Below are positions 1-11,863 of a DNA stretch of 64,000 nucleotides, in pieces. This DNA comes from Eledone cirrhosa (lineage: Eukaryota). Location: positions 97,774,001-97,838,000 of the forward strand of contig OZ024745.1 of NCBI GenBank assembly GCA_964016885.1, read 5' to 3'. The notes beneath the pieces were generated by a model. That model made no database searches, had not been told where the DNA came from, and saw nothing but the letters and a program-made list of their open reading frames with translations. The stretch's first letter is position 1; every line of letters begins with the position of its first letter. The position numbers and the translations under genes were made by a program.

Positions 1-7
1 ATGTGTA

Positions 8-43
<36 letters not shown>

Positions 44-47
<4 letters not shown>

Positions 48-1005
48 CTTGATATATTTCTTTTTTCTTTTTTCTTTTTCTTTTCTTTTCTTTTTATTTC
101 TAAGTTTATAGATACATCTATAAATAAGCAGTCTGCCCAAACCGTTGAATACTGACCTCTCCCCCCCTCCCACCTAATTTCTGTATCTTGATCTAAATGT
201 GTGTGGCAGTGTTTATGTGCGTGAATTAATATCCATGTGCTTATGATAATATTATATCCACATATATATGTGTGTGGGGGTGTGTGTGTGTATGTATGTT
301 CGTAATTATGTGTATGTTTATGCATATACGCGCGCGTCTGTGTGAGTGTACGGATATGTGTGAGTATGAGAATATGTGTATACACTTATTTCATATTTAT
401 GTGTCTATACGCATTTTATCTGTGGATTATAAACTTACAGAGACATTAGCCTTGAATTTTTGTATTTGCATACATCTTTTTGGCATGCGTATGCATGTTG
501 AGCATATATCTTTGTATAAATATGTGTACGGGGTTGGTTACATGTATATACACACACCAAACTGCATAAAGTTTTTTGTATTTTCATTGGTCAATTTGAA
601 CTCTGTTCCCAAACGGACCTGAAATTTTGAATTGTTGTTATTATTAATAAATATATTTCATTATTTCTGAAGACGGCATATATGTGTGTTTGGTATGTAT
701 ATTTAATCTTGATAGTTTGTATAATTTTGTATAATTTTGTACATAGATCTGTTGAATATGCATGCCAATTCTAACACATATATATCCTAGAAACGATCGT
801 TAAATAATGAACTTTGTTTGTTTAATATAAGGAACTGTTTCATTGTTTTATTCATTATTTGTTTAATATTTTATCTTGACTCTGTATTCCGTTTATCTTT
901 CACCGAAAGTGATTTTTCATTACATCTCTTCTTTCCATGATATCCGAAATACATTGAGTTCTTCATACGGATTGGACACTACCGTAAACTCTTGGTAGAT
1001 TTATC

Positions 1006-1009
<4 letters not shown>
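44..1009 (+). mobile_element. Non-coding PLE-like 3' remnant (pLTR) with hammerhead ribozyme, between two (TA)n tracts
   Basis: Flanked by (TA)n at 11-43 and 1010-1084; contains a complete hammerhead at 658-811; same layout as the 3' ends of the coding PLEs downstream. Confidence 0.6.
658..811 (+). ncRNA. Type I hammerhead ribozyme with ~115-nt extended stem II
   Basis: Stem I TCATTATTT/AAATAATGA; CTGAAGA core at 667; stem II arms ATATATGTGT..TTGGTATGTATATT / AATATGCATGCCAA..ACACATATAT; GAAAC-GATC-GTT with palindromic stem III loop. Confidence 0.75.
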
Positions 1010-1087
<78 letters not shown>

Positions 1088-1279
1088 GTATAGGATTATC
1101 CTAAATGCAGTAATGGTTAATTACTACACTGGATATGGTTGACGTACGGTGACAGGTTACTCAACTAGTTATGGAAGAATTGTTGAAGAAACTTAGTTCC
1201 TGGTCCTTCTGTATTCCGGAGTGTAGATAAAGAATGAATAATAACAGGTAGACATCATAAAAAGGTAATTTATTCCGTG

Positions 1280-1391
1280 TGCTTACAAATGTTTCCACGG
1301 TGGTTGTACAGCCTAGTTATGCTATGTGCAAATTTACAACTATTTTCAAAACTCAATTATCAAATGCTGTGACCACTGTATCATCAGAGCA
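1280..1391 (-). ncRNA. Type I hammerhead ribozyme (inverted pLTR copy)
   Basis: Reverse complement of the motif at 4246-4357. Confidence 0.8.
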
Positions 1392-1901
1392 GAATGGTTA
1401 AAATGTACAATGTAAATACCCTTAAGTGAGGTTATTGGAGAAGATAGAGTAGAAAAGGAAGAGAGAAAAGTAGGAGAGAGGAAGAGAGAGAGAAAGAAAT
1501 GCAGGGGTTGGAGAAATAGGAGAGAGGGGTTTGTAGATATCTTAATCAAAATGTTATGGTAGGGGTTTTATTATACTGGTTACTCTTAAAGCGACCACCT
1601 TAAGCGATGCGTTGATAGTCAAGGTTGGAATTATTTATTGCCCCAGAGGGGAGGTTCATAGACGTGGAGAGGGAGGGAGGTCGGCCTAGGGCGAGAGAGA
1701 GAGAGAGTGGAATGGATATAGAGGGAGAGATAGAGAGGGGACAGACGAAAGCTATTGGGTGGGTGAACTTTGGGTTCGTAGTAGTAATCTGCGAATTGCA
1801 CTAAGTTACCATTTATAGTGATAAGCAGGGTAGTGTCTTGTAGTGTGGGGGAAGAGAAGGTGGTTAGCTAGAAAGCGATGTTATAGTTACGGGTTCGAAT
1901 G

Positions 1902-2182
1902 TTAAGTTATTTTATAGTGAGAGAATTTAGCTTTTAGTTTGTGGTTGCAGTATAATGATCGTTCGATTCTATCGTTAAGTAGTTTATTTTTGGATTTTAA
2001 GATGTAAAAGAGTTCAAGGTTGCATAACCTACAGTACTTCAATCCACTCCGATATGCACTTGCGCTGGAAAGTATATCCCATTTTAAGGTGAACTGTTGG
2101 TTGCGTTCACGGAGTTGCCAGGTCTTGTTGGCGAGCGTGGTCACAAAACGGTGATCAGGATGTTTAATTGAGAATCGATGAC
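1902..2182 (-). pseudogene. Inverted duplicate of the PLE GIY-YIG C-terminus
   Basis: Translation HRFSIKHPDHRF...CRLCNLELFYILK...HYKIT identical to the end of ORF 3184-3735. Confidence 0.85.
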
Positions 2183-3183
2183 ATAGACGAATACTACTCT
2201 TCAATCTCACCCGGCACTTTACGTAAGGCCCTATCGTTTGCTAAAGTCAATTCCGACCTAACGGAGGACGAAATTAATATTATTCTCGAGGCTAGAAAAA
2301 CTATTATCAAGTTTGATAACTGCTACTGGGAACGTAAGGACAGACCCACAAACTTCGACATTACCATGGGTTCCAACGACTCAGCGGAGGTCACGGATCT
2401 TGTGGGAATTTACATAGCCCACATATTACATAGTAAATTTAGTAATCTACAGGGGGGAATATACAGAGATGGCGGGCTCTTATTAGTTAATAACTTAAAT
2501 AACCAAAATCTTGAAAGGCTACGGAAAAATATTAGAAAATCTTTTAGTGAACTGGGAATACAATCTTAAAGTAGTAAATTTTCTAGACGTAACTCTTAAT
2601 TTAAATACCGGACTGATACGACCCTTCCACAAGATAAATGAGAACCTTACTTATATCAATTTTAACTCAAACCACCCACTTTCCATGATCAAATCGGTTC
2701 CCCGTAGTATTTCTCTTAGAATCTCTCGCATATCGTCTGACTCTGATTTTTAATGAACACGCTGAATACTATAATAATGCATTAAGGAATGCCGACCACC
2801 GGGATATAATAGAATACATTGATAAGAATCTCCATAACACACATAGCTCTACAGGAAATCAAGGAATACGTAACCGGGGGACTAAAATACAAGCGCACAC
2901 ACGCAGTACCACCAGACATACTAATAATAGAAAATCATCACCAAATAAATCACGTTGTAGAAAGTATATCTGGTATAATCCTATTTTTAATGCCTCGATT
3001 AGTACAAAACTATCTCTTTCATTCTTTAAGTTAATCAACAAGCATTTCCCTAGTTCCCATAAATACAGTAAAATTCTGAACTCTAAAACTATTAGACTAT
3101 CATACTCCACGGCACCACACCTTGAAGCATACATAAAAAACCTTAACTTAAAGCAATTAAACAACACTACAAAACAAAATATT
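2181..3183 (+). pseudogene. PLE reverse transcriptase/thumb, frameshifted
   Basis: ORF pieces 2168-2569 and 2511-2753 carry PLE RT motifs; catalytic YRDD reads YRDG. Confidence 0.85.
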
Positions 3184-3735
3184 TTGATAACAGATGGGCA
3201 GAACGTAATATCTGCCCCCCAACCACTAAATGGGAGACGGGTATTACACAACCCACCTGTACTGCTATCACAACCTATCCATGGTATACCCGCTACCCAC
3301 AACAAAAACTGTAACTGCCATCTACCTGAAAGATGTCCATTAAAGAATAAATGCCTAAAGTCAAACATTGTTTACCAATGCACGGTTGAATCGAACGACC
3401 AGAAATGGTATTACATCGGTTCTACAACCACCTCGTTTAAATCTCGCTGGTACCGTCATCGATTCTCAATTAAACATCCTGATCACCGTTTTGTGACCAC
3501 GCTCGCCAACAAGACCTGGCAACTCCGTGAACGCAACCAACAGTTCACCTTAAAATGGGATATACTTTCCAGCGCAAGTGCATATCGGAGTGGATTGAAG
3601 TACTGTAGGTTATGCAACCTTGAACTCTTTTACATCTTAAAATCCAAAAATAAACTACTTAACGATAGAATCGAACGATCATTATACTGCAACCACAAAC
3701 TAAAAGCTAAATTCTCTCACTATAAAATAACTTAA
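3184..3735 (+). CDS. PLE GIY-YIG endonuclease domain (open fragment of a disrupted ORF)
   Basis: CNC..CPLKNKC linker, NIVYQC...YYIGST..FKSRW, C-terminal CRLCNLE. Confidence 0.85.
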   Translation: MITDGQNVISAPQPLNGRRVLHNPPVLLSQPIHGIPATHNKNCNCHLPERCPLKNKCLKSNIVYQCTVESNDQKWYYIGSTTTSFKSRWYRHRFSIKHPDHRFVTTLANKTWQLRERNQQFTLKWDILSSASAYRSGLKYCRLCNLELFYILKSKNKLLNDRIERSLYCNHKLKAKFSHYKIT

Positions 3736-4245
3736 CATTCGAACCCGTAACTATAACATCGCTTTCTAGCTAACCACCTTCTCTTCCCCCACACTACAAG
3801 ACACTACCCTGCTTATCACTATAAATGGTAACTTAGTGCAATTCGCAGATTACTACTACGAACCCAAAGTTCACCCACCCAATAGCTTTCGTCTGTCCCC
3901 TCTCTATCTCTCCCTCTATATCCATTCCACTCTCTCTCTCTCTCGCCCTAGGCCGACCTCCCTCCCTCTCCACGTCTATGAACCTCCCCTCTGGGGCAAT
4001 AAATAATTCCAACCTTGACTATCAACGCATCGCTTAAGGTGGTCGCTTTAAGAGTAACCAGTATAATAAAACCCCTACCATAACATTTTGATTAAGATAT
4101 CTACAAACCACTCTCTCCCATTTCTCCAACCCCTGCATTTCTTTCTCTCTCTCTTCCTGTCCCCTACTTTTCTCTCTTCCTTTTCTACTCTATCTTCTCC
4201 AATAACCTCACTTAAGGGTATTTACATTGTACATTTTAACCATTC

Positions 4246-4357
4246 TGCTCTGATGATACAGTGGTCACAGCATTTGATAATTGAGTTTTGAAAATAGTTG
4301 TAAATTTGCACATAGCATAACTAGGCTGTACAACCACCGTGGAAACATTTGTAAGCA
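4246..4357 (+). ncRNA. Type I hammerhead ribozyme in PLE pLTR, ~85-nt stem II
   Basis: TGCT-CTGATGA-[TACAGTGGT...ACCACCGTG]-GAAAC-ATTT-GTA-AGCA. Confidence 0.8.
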
Positions 4358-4404
4358 CACGGAATAAATTACCTTTTTATGATGTCTACCTGTTATTATT
4401 CATT

Positions 4405-4481
<77 letters not shown>

Positions 4482-5482
4482 TTATTTTGAATTCTTTAAA
4501 TCGGAAAATTCCTCAACTTCGCGGTGGAATTTATCGTGACGATCCCCTTTTTACTGTCTTAAACTGTAACTTAGTTAACCTTAATATTATTTTATTAAGA
4601 ATAATATACTTGATCTATTTAAGCACCATAACCTAAAAATTGAATTTGAAAACAACGTCAAACTAGCTGACTTCCTGGATATATCCCTTAATCTTGACAC
4701 CGGCCTATATTACCCTTACCATAAAGACAATGAGAATCTAAATTATGTTAATTTTAAATCTAACCACACCATTAACGTTAAAAATGCTATAGTCAGTAAT
4801 GTTGAAAAAAGAATCTCAAATCTATCCTCTAATAAAGTTATCTTTGACACTAATGCCAATTATTATAATAATGCGCTTTCCAAAGCCGGTTATCCTGACA
4901 AAATTAAATACAGTAAAGAAACCAATCATCTTATAGTAAAATAGTTAGTTATGAACATTCCAATAACTTAAAGAAAAGACCTAGATACAAAAATATGATT
5001 TGGCACAACGCTCCTTTTTCTCTATCTATTGCTAGTAATATTCCTAAACTATTTTTTAGGGCCTTAGATAAATGCTTCCCTCCCTCGCATATCTATAGTA
5101 AGATCTTTAACAAACATCTTATTCCACCACTTCCAACATCTCTAACATTATCTCTAAACATAATAATAAAATATTAAATAATAAATTATATCCATCCAAC
5201 ACTGAGCGTCATAATAATAACAATAGTAAACCCGACGTCAAAGTTAACTCTAGGCTAGATTCAGTAAATTTAAATACGACGTCAAACGTAACTTTGTCGA
5301 ATGTTCATAACACCAATCTAAATCAGGAAACTTTAACACCTAAATAACTTCTCCAATCCAATTCCTTCTATAAATAATACTAGGTCACTTGTTAATAACT
5401 CTGGTAATTTCTCTAATCGTAATTGTAATTGCCCTGTTAGAACTAAATGTCCTCTTAATAACCAATGTCTTGATAAAATTTA

Positions 5483-5851
5483 GTGTATGAATGTAAGGTT
5501 ATAACTGGTACTAATTATTTTACCTATTTTGGTTCCACTTCCACTTCCTTTAAAGCAAGATTTTATAATCACAATTCGTCTTTTAAATACCAACTTAAAA
5601 GAACTAACACGGCACTCTCAGAACTCATATGGTCCTTAAAAGACAAAAATAGTAACTACAACAATTCTTGGAGGAAGGTTTGCAACGCCTCTCCTTACCG
5701 GAATTCTTCCCTATCCAGAACATGTAACCTCTGCCTAGCCGAGAAATTTACCATTATCTCTAATTTTAATTCTATAATAAATAGATGTACGGATTTATTT
5801 TCGCTCTGCTTGCATAAATCCCATAGAACTTTCCATAAAGTATACAGCTAA
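5483..5851 (+). CDS. PLE GIY-YIG endonuclease fragment
   Basis: VYECKV..TYFGSTSTSFKARFYNH..TCNLCLAEK; homologous to 3184-3735. Confidence 0.8.
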   Translation: MYECKVITGTNYFTYFGSTSTSFKARFYNHNSSFKYQLKRTNTALSELIWSLKDKNSNYNNSWRKVCNASPYRNSSLSRTCNLCLAEKFTIISNFNSIINRCTDLFSLCLHKSHRTFHKVYS

Positions 5852-6811
5852 TATCTCACTACCTAATTAGTTGAAAATCTTCTTTTCTCAAACGCTTTTA
5901 TATCTTTTACAAATATACCCATCTTTCTACCTTATTTCAGTATATTATATTATACAATTTACTCATTAGCGGTCCCCTATTTTTCTTCTTTTTTATCCTT
6001 TTTTTCCTTTTTTCCCTTTTTCTTTTTTAATTTCTAATCTTTAATCTGTAACTTTTACTTCTCAATTACTTCTTAATTCATATTATAACTCACTATAGCA
6101 TTTTCCTTATATTCTTGGCCATACAAACTATGTTTTTAATATATACTAATATTACCATTTTGTAAACATATATTTTTTTGCCGTTATATATTTTTTCTTC
6201 CTTAAATTTTCTTCTTTCTTCTCTCCTTCCGTGCTCGTATTAAACCTATTATTTACTTTTTCATATTACAATACATAGAAACAAACTTAGACCCTAACTA
6301 ATTCCTCTAAGTTCATAATTCATTTAATCTATTCTTCATTCACTTTATCTCCTTAATATATTTTTATTTTAATAATACATATTAATAAATTCCTTTTCGC
6401 ACATATTATTAAACCCTTCAATATAAAAACCTTAAATAAATAATATTCTTAATTCCTTTTTCTTTAATCATAAACATCACCATTCATAAACCTCATTAAC
6501 TTTTAATTTCAAAATTTTTTTAAATTATGTATTATCTTACAACGGTTTTTTTTAATTTCTCTCTGTGAGACAGTGTTTCTCAGTATTAAAGGTTATCTCT
6601 CTCTCTCACTCATTTCTCCTCCTCTCTCATCCTTCCTTCTTATACTTCTCTCCCGTCATCCTTTATTTTCTTTCTCCCTCTTCCTTACCTTTTCCTTCCC
6701 CCTTCCTTCTTTTTTTCCCAATCTCATATATCCATCTTATTTTATTTTTCCTATGTAGATTTAACGCTTCACTGCTCGCAAGTGTTTTTTAAGCTTCATA
6801 TCATGTCTCCC

Positions 6812-6882
6812 TATTTTATCTGATGAGAACGCAAATATCATCCCATGATGATATCTGTTTTTGAAATGCGCATAATAAAATA
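6812..6882 (+). ncRNA. Type I hammerhead ribozyme (minimal stem III)
   Basis: TATTTTAT-CTGATGA-[..ATATCATC/GATGATAT..]-GAAAT-GCGC-ATA-ATAAAATA. Confidence 0.8.
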
Positions 6883-6922
6883 CATGGAACTCTTTTAACC
6901 ATCTTTTGATCTTATATTGTAT

Positions 6923-7002
<80 letters not shown>

Positions 7003-7006
<4 letters not shown>

Positions 7007-7322
7007 TCAACTAGAAATTGATTGACATATATATATATGTTTAAAATAAACACATGAAACAATCACAGGGGATAATTTGTGAAGTGTGTAATCACACATA
7101 GCTAGGGAGGTAACTAATTAAAGTTTAACTAGAGCTTCAAATTTTACCTTTTAAAAAATGATTAATCATTTTTTAAAAGGTAATATTTGAAGCTCTAGTT
7201 AAACTTTAATTAGTTACCTCCCTAGCTATGTGTGATTACACACTTCACAAATTATCCCCTGTGATTGTTTCATGTGTTTATTTTAAATATATATATATGT
7301 CAATCAATTTCTAGTTGATATA
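7003..7322. repeat. Near-perfect 320-bp palindrome with no spacer
   Basis: ~160-bp arms centred on TGATTAATCA (7159-7168); about 2 mismatches plus a TA-length difference. Confidence 0.95.
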
Positions 7323-7425
7323 AAATGCTCGGATCTATTCATTGGAATCTTTGAGCTTATTCTACGGTGGATATGGCGCATGTCCCGGACATGACTCCCT
7401 TAATTTAATTTAATTAAATTAATTT

Positions 7426-7472
<47 letters not shown>

Positions 7473-7656
7473 CGTCCCTTCACGCACAAGGCGCCAAGGT
7501 ACGCATGTATTGTCCAACCAAGTGCCAATGTGGTTCAATGGCGGGTTAATAAATTAACGAGCCAGAACAAATATAAACAAGGTTTAGTAAATAATGAAAA
7601 AGTTTCAAAATAAATTTTAAAAAATTGACTTTACCTACTATATATATATATATATA

Positions 7657-7930
7657 GGACCAGGTGATGTATTGTGTCCTTAAGCAAGGCACTTTATTTC
7701 ACTTTGCTTCAGTTTACTCAGCTGCAACATCGCTGGTGCCAAGCTGTATCAGCAATTGCCTTTCTCTTAGACAACATCGGTGGTGTGGAGAGGGAATCTG
7801 GTATGTATGGGGGGACTGCTGGGCTTCCACAAACAACCTTGCTCGGACTTGTGCCTCAGAGGGAAACTTTCTAGGTACAAATCCCATGGTAATTCGTGAC
7901 CAATCGGAGTCTTTACCCTTTACCTTTATA
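7657..7930 (+). mobile_element. SINE (5'-truncated) with TTTACC-type tail
   Basis: TGTGTCCTT.AGCAAG.CACTT..CAGT..ACTCAGCTG central block typical of invertebrate core-domain SINEs; repeated TTTACC tail; identified from recall. Confidence 0.55.
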
Positions 7931-8115
7931 AATATATAGTATTTTTACTCGTACACTCAAACACACAGATGACATATAACCTGCCGATAAAGCTATTTCC
8001 AGAGAAGGTTTTAAAATCTATGGAACGGATTTCTTCTGTAGGTCATTCAAGTATTAGCATCAGTAATGGCACTGTAAACGTCTTGGTGTATGAGGAAAGC
8101 TTAGTCTGTCATTGC

Positions 8116-9185
8116 ATTGGTAGTATTGGTAGAGCATCGGACACCATGCTTTGCGGCATAGAATTACGGCCTTTTAGTTCTCTGTTAAAATCTTGCCGAG
8201 GTTCGCTTTGCCTTTTATCCTAACAGGGTCGATAAAATAAAGTACCAGTAACGTACTGGTGTTAATTTAATCGACCCCCCCTCCCCAAGACAATAATTGC
8301 TGGCCTTGTGCCCAAACCAGAAATCATTATTAAGGCGGTAAATTGGCAGAGTGGTTATAATGGTTTCTTATATAGGCACAAGGCCAGCAATTTTCGGGAG
8401 GGGGAAAGTCGATTGAATCGACCCAGTGCGTGACTGGTACTTTATTTTATCGACCTCGTAAGGATGAAAGGCAAAGTTAACCTCGGCGGGATTTGAACTC
8501 AGATCATAAAGGACCGTAACTCTAAGCTGCAAAGCATGGCGTCCGACCCTCTACCGATACTGCCAATCCCCCATAATTGTTTCTACTTTTGGCACAAGGA
8601 CAGCAATTGCCCAGTACATTACTGGTACTTTATCTTAACGACCCCGTAAGGGTGAAAGACAAAGGTAACCTCGGCGGGATTTGAACTCAGATCGTAAAGG
8701 GACGTAACTATGCTGGAAAGCATGTCTGTCCCTCTACCGATACTGCCAATTCACCGTTGGTTAGAATGATTTGCAGTATTCGTTTCGGCTCTTTTAGTTC
8801 AAATCCCGCAGAAGTCAACTTTGCTGTTCGTTGTTTCGAGGGGCCATAACAAGTATCAGTCTAGGACAGGAGCCCATTCTTACTTTATATCACTTTCTCA
8901 CTTCTTTTCTTTCACTATCTTTAGCTGTGTTCAGACCTGAAGAGGAGAAGGATTTTAAAATATGCCCACGACACGTTGTATGTCACTACAGTGCCGCTAC
9001 GACTCAAGCAGGAGTCAGAGGTCCATACATAAATATTATTAGGTCGGAAAAATTGGCAGAGTCGTCAGAACGTCGGATAATATGTTTTGCTGTATTCGTT
9101 CCGGCTCTCTCAGTTCAAATACTGTCGAGGTCAACTTTGCCTTTCAACTTTTCGAGGTCAATAAATAAATTACCAGTTATACAGT
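8116..9185. mobile_element. Cluster of tRNA-derived SINE copies (+8116-8331, -8357-8571, -8574-8756, + fragments 8332-8356/8757-8860 and 9040-9185)
   Basis: Pol III A-box TGGCAGTATCGG and B-box GAGTTCAAATCC; shared GTCGATAAAATAAAGTACCAG body; ATT tail; many further copies in the window. Confidence 0.85.
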
Positions 9186-9224
9186 ACTTTCTCTATATAT
9201 CTTTAAAACGTCTCCTCTCCCCCC

Positions 9225-9251
9225 CTCTCTCCCTCTCTCTCTCTCTCACTC

Positions 9252-9331
<80 letters not shown>

Positions 9332-9339
9332 TCTATCTC

Positions 9340-9374
<35 letters not shown>
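9225..9374. repeat. (CT)n microsatellite
   Basis: Direct observation. Confidence 0.95.
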
Positions 9375-9377
<3 letters not shown>

Positions 9378-9705
9378 GAAGTAATCGGCGGTATTCACAC
9401 CTGGTGAGGGGTGGGCACCAGCAGGTTTAAATGACCAAGACACGCTACGAAGTTTAAATGTCACGATATTGCCCCTACAACTCCATGAGATGTTAAGGAT
9501 CCATATCATACATAACATCATTCTTTCATCACGCAACATCCTTTCACAGCACCTTTGCATGGTAAATTATCGTTAATACTTCAATATTTGCAGCCTTTGT
9601 TGTAAGGAACAGGGGACAAGGAGGGACCATTGATTGCTAATGGTTTCAGGTTCAGCGGCAGTTATTTTTTCCACTATCCACTATCAAAATAAATATTTTG
9701 TTGTC

Positions 9706-10139
9706 ACTAAATCCTCTGCCAAAACCTGTGGTTATGTGTCAAGTGATGGAGGGGGAGAAGTGAGAGATTCTACACCAGTAAGAGACAATAATATAATCCA
9801 TAATTTTTTTGTCGACCATCTATTAGGAAAGGATTTGCCCAAAATATTGGGTCGTCAGGTATGAAATTTGTAGTGAGTCATATTGTCATATGTTTTTTTT
9901 CTACAAATTTCATATATGACGACCCAACATTTTGGGAAAATCCTAGCCTAATTTCAGCTGAAAATATTCTTAGGAGACCCAACTGTTTCGCAGCATTGTA
10001 AATATTTCTAATATAGATCTTTAGATGGTCCACAAAAAAATTATGGATTATATTACTGTCTCTTACTGGTGTAGAATCTCTCACCCCTCCCGCTCCATCA
10101 CTTGACACATAACCACGGGGTTTGGCAGAGGATTTAGTG
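9706..10139. mobile_element. Fold-back/MITE-like element with nested inverted repeats
   Basis: Outer arms 9706-9821 / 10021-10139; inner arms 9822-9872 / 9901-9950. Confidence 0.7.
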
Positions 10140-10274
10140 GCCCCCCAAAAAAGAGACCCAGACAAATTGACTCTTTGGAATATCCCCTTGAAGGATTTAC
10201 TGCATATGTATGTATGTATAGATGTATGTATGTATGCATGTATATATGTGTGTATATTGGTGCTACTAGTAACA

Positions 10275-10865
10275 TGTATCCCAGTACAACCTGTCTCATG
10301 GTCGGGTCGTTGGCGACTAAACTGTCAACCCCACCAAGGTTTCTTGGTGAGGAGGGTGACTTTGGACATCCTGCAGGACTAAAAACAAAACCTGTCAAAG
10401 GGTAAAGGAGCTCTTAAGAGTCAATGGCCATCCAAAATCACTGGGAGAGATGACCCCTTAGCCTTTGTCAAGGCAGAATTCTAGGAGAAGGAAAACTCTG
10501 ATATAACACCTGCAACCCTGATGGTATCCAATGATGTTGACTTGTTCTTCTTTTTGGTAAATATCATCTTGGTTAAGAGAGTGGGACTGGCTTTGTGCAG
10601 TGCCTTTGCTCACTATAAAAGCTTCACGGCACAGGCATTGCTTTGTATCTGGAGATCTCTCTGCACTTGTCGTCACATGGTACCAAAGGTAAAGCACTAT
10701 GTGTCAATAATTGTCACAAGTGTAGTGTTTGTACCAGAGTTTTCAAGTCGCTGGCTGGACTAAAAAGTCACTCGTTCAGCGCATCGGTAGGGGTTCTCCT
10801 ACATGGATATAAAGTAGTGGCCGTACTCGAAAACGAGTTGGCAGCCACCATGTGTGTATGTATGT
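10275..10865 (+). mobile_element. Non-autonomous RTE-derived element (5'UTR-like part plus 3' end) with (TATG)n tail
   Basis: 3' part encodes C2H2-like CSVCTRVFKSLAGLKSH, typical of RTE C-termini; no RT; near-identical 3' halves at 11460-11722 and 58258-58530. Confidence 0.7.
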
Positions 10866-11459
10866 ATGTATACATCTATGTATGTTTGCATGGTTGCATG
10901 TATGTATGCAATTATGTAATTATGTATACATCTATGTATGTGTGTATATGTACATGCATGTATGCGTACATATGCACGTATATATATATATATGTGTGTG
11001 TGTGGGGGGGGGGGCATGTGTTTGTATGCATCTTTATGGGATACATTCTTCGACTTTTTTTGTACTATGTGTAAATAAACCTCCAACCAGCTCACACACA
11101 ACTCACACATACAACTCACTCACACACACATAATTCACACACATACACACATATACACATATACACACAGACATTTATCTGTAATATTTACTAAACCATA
11201 TACATTCATGTAATATGCAGTCATTGATTGACCCAGCATAAATCATCTCCTTTTATGGCAAATGGTTTTCATATGGATTATATAACAGCCTCCCTGACGA
11301 TTCCATGATGAATCATTTGTCATTAGCTCTATCCTAATCTTTCTTATTCCCTTCTCTTTCCCCTTCTCTCTATCTCTTTCTCTCGCTCTTTCTTTCTCTT
11401 ATTTTCTCTGTCATCCTTACACAAAAGTCACATTCTCAGATATTTTAGATAGCCAGCCG

Positions 11460-11722
11460 TCATACATACATACATGGTGGCTGCCAACTCGTTTTCGAGT
11501 ACGGCCACTACTTTATATCCATGTAGGAGAACCCCTACCGATGCGCTGAACGAGTGTGACTTTTTAGTCCAGCCAGCGACTTGAAAACTCTGGTACAAAC
11601 ACTACACTTGTGACAATTACTGACACATAGTGCTGGGCTCATGGTACCATGTGACGACAAGTGCAGAGAGATCTCCAGATATAAAGCAATGCCTGTGGCG
11701 TGAAGCTTTTATAGTGAGCAAT
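11460..11722 (-). mobile_element. 5'-truncated copy of the RTE-derived element
   Basis: Reverse complement of 10606-10860; (CATA)n on both sides. Confidence 0.85.
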
Positions 11723-11863
11723 ACATACATACATACATACATACATACATACATACATACATACATACATACATACATACATACATACATACATACATTC
11801 ATTCATACATACATACATACATATATAAATACATACATACTTACATACATTCATACATGCATA

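Larger units (their letters stand above)
1085..4407 (+). mobile_element. Penelope-like retroelement (Nematis/Neptune-like), 5'-truncated, with inverted 3' copy at its 5' end
   Basis: RT remnants (DIDEYYSSI, ITMGSNDSAEVTDLVG, GIYRDGG, VNFLDVTLNL) then GIY-YIG; 1230-2182 is the reverse complement of 3455-4407; (TA)n on both sides. Confidence 0.9.
4479..6928 (+). mobile_element. Second, distinct Penelope-like element (5'-truncated, decayed)
   Basis: GGIYRDD at ~4520, DFLDISLNLDTG, CNCPVRTKCPLNNQC, GIY-YIG ORF 5483-5851, long AT-rich 3' region with hammerhead, ends in (TA)n. Confidence 0.85.

Noticed and set aside
8116-9185. tRNA genes
   Set aside because: A/B boxes belong to SINE heads; no cloverleaf
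10740-10790. C2H2 zinc-finger host gene exon
   Set aside because: A single finger inside a dispersed repeat present three times; better explained as an RTE C-terminus
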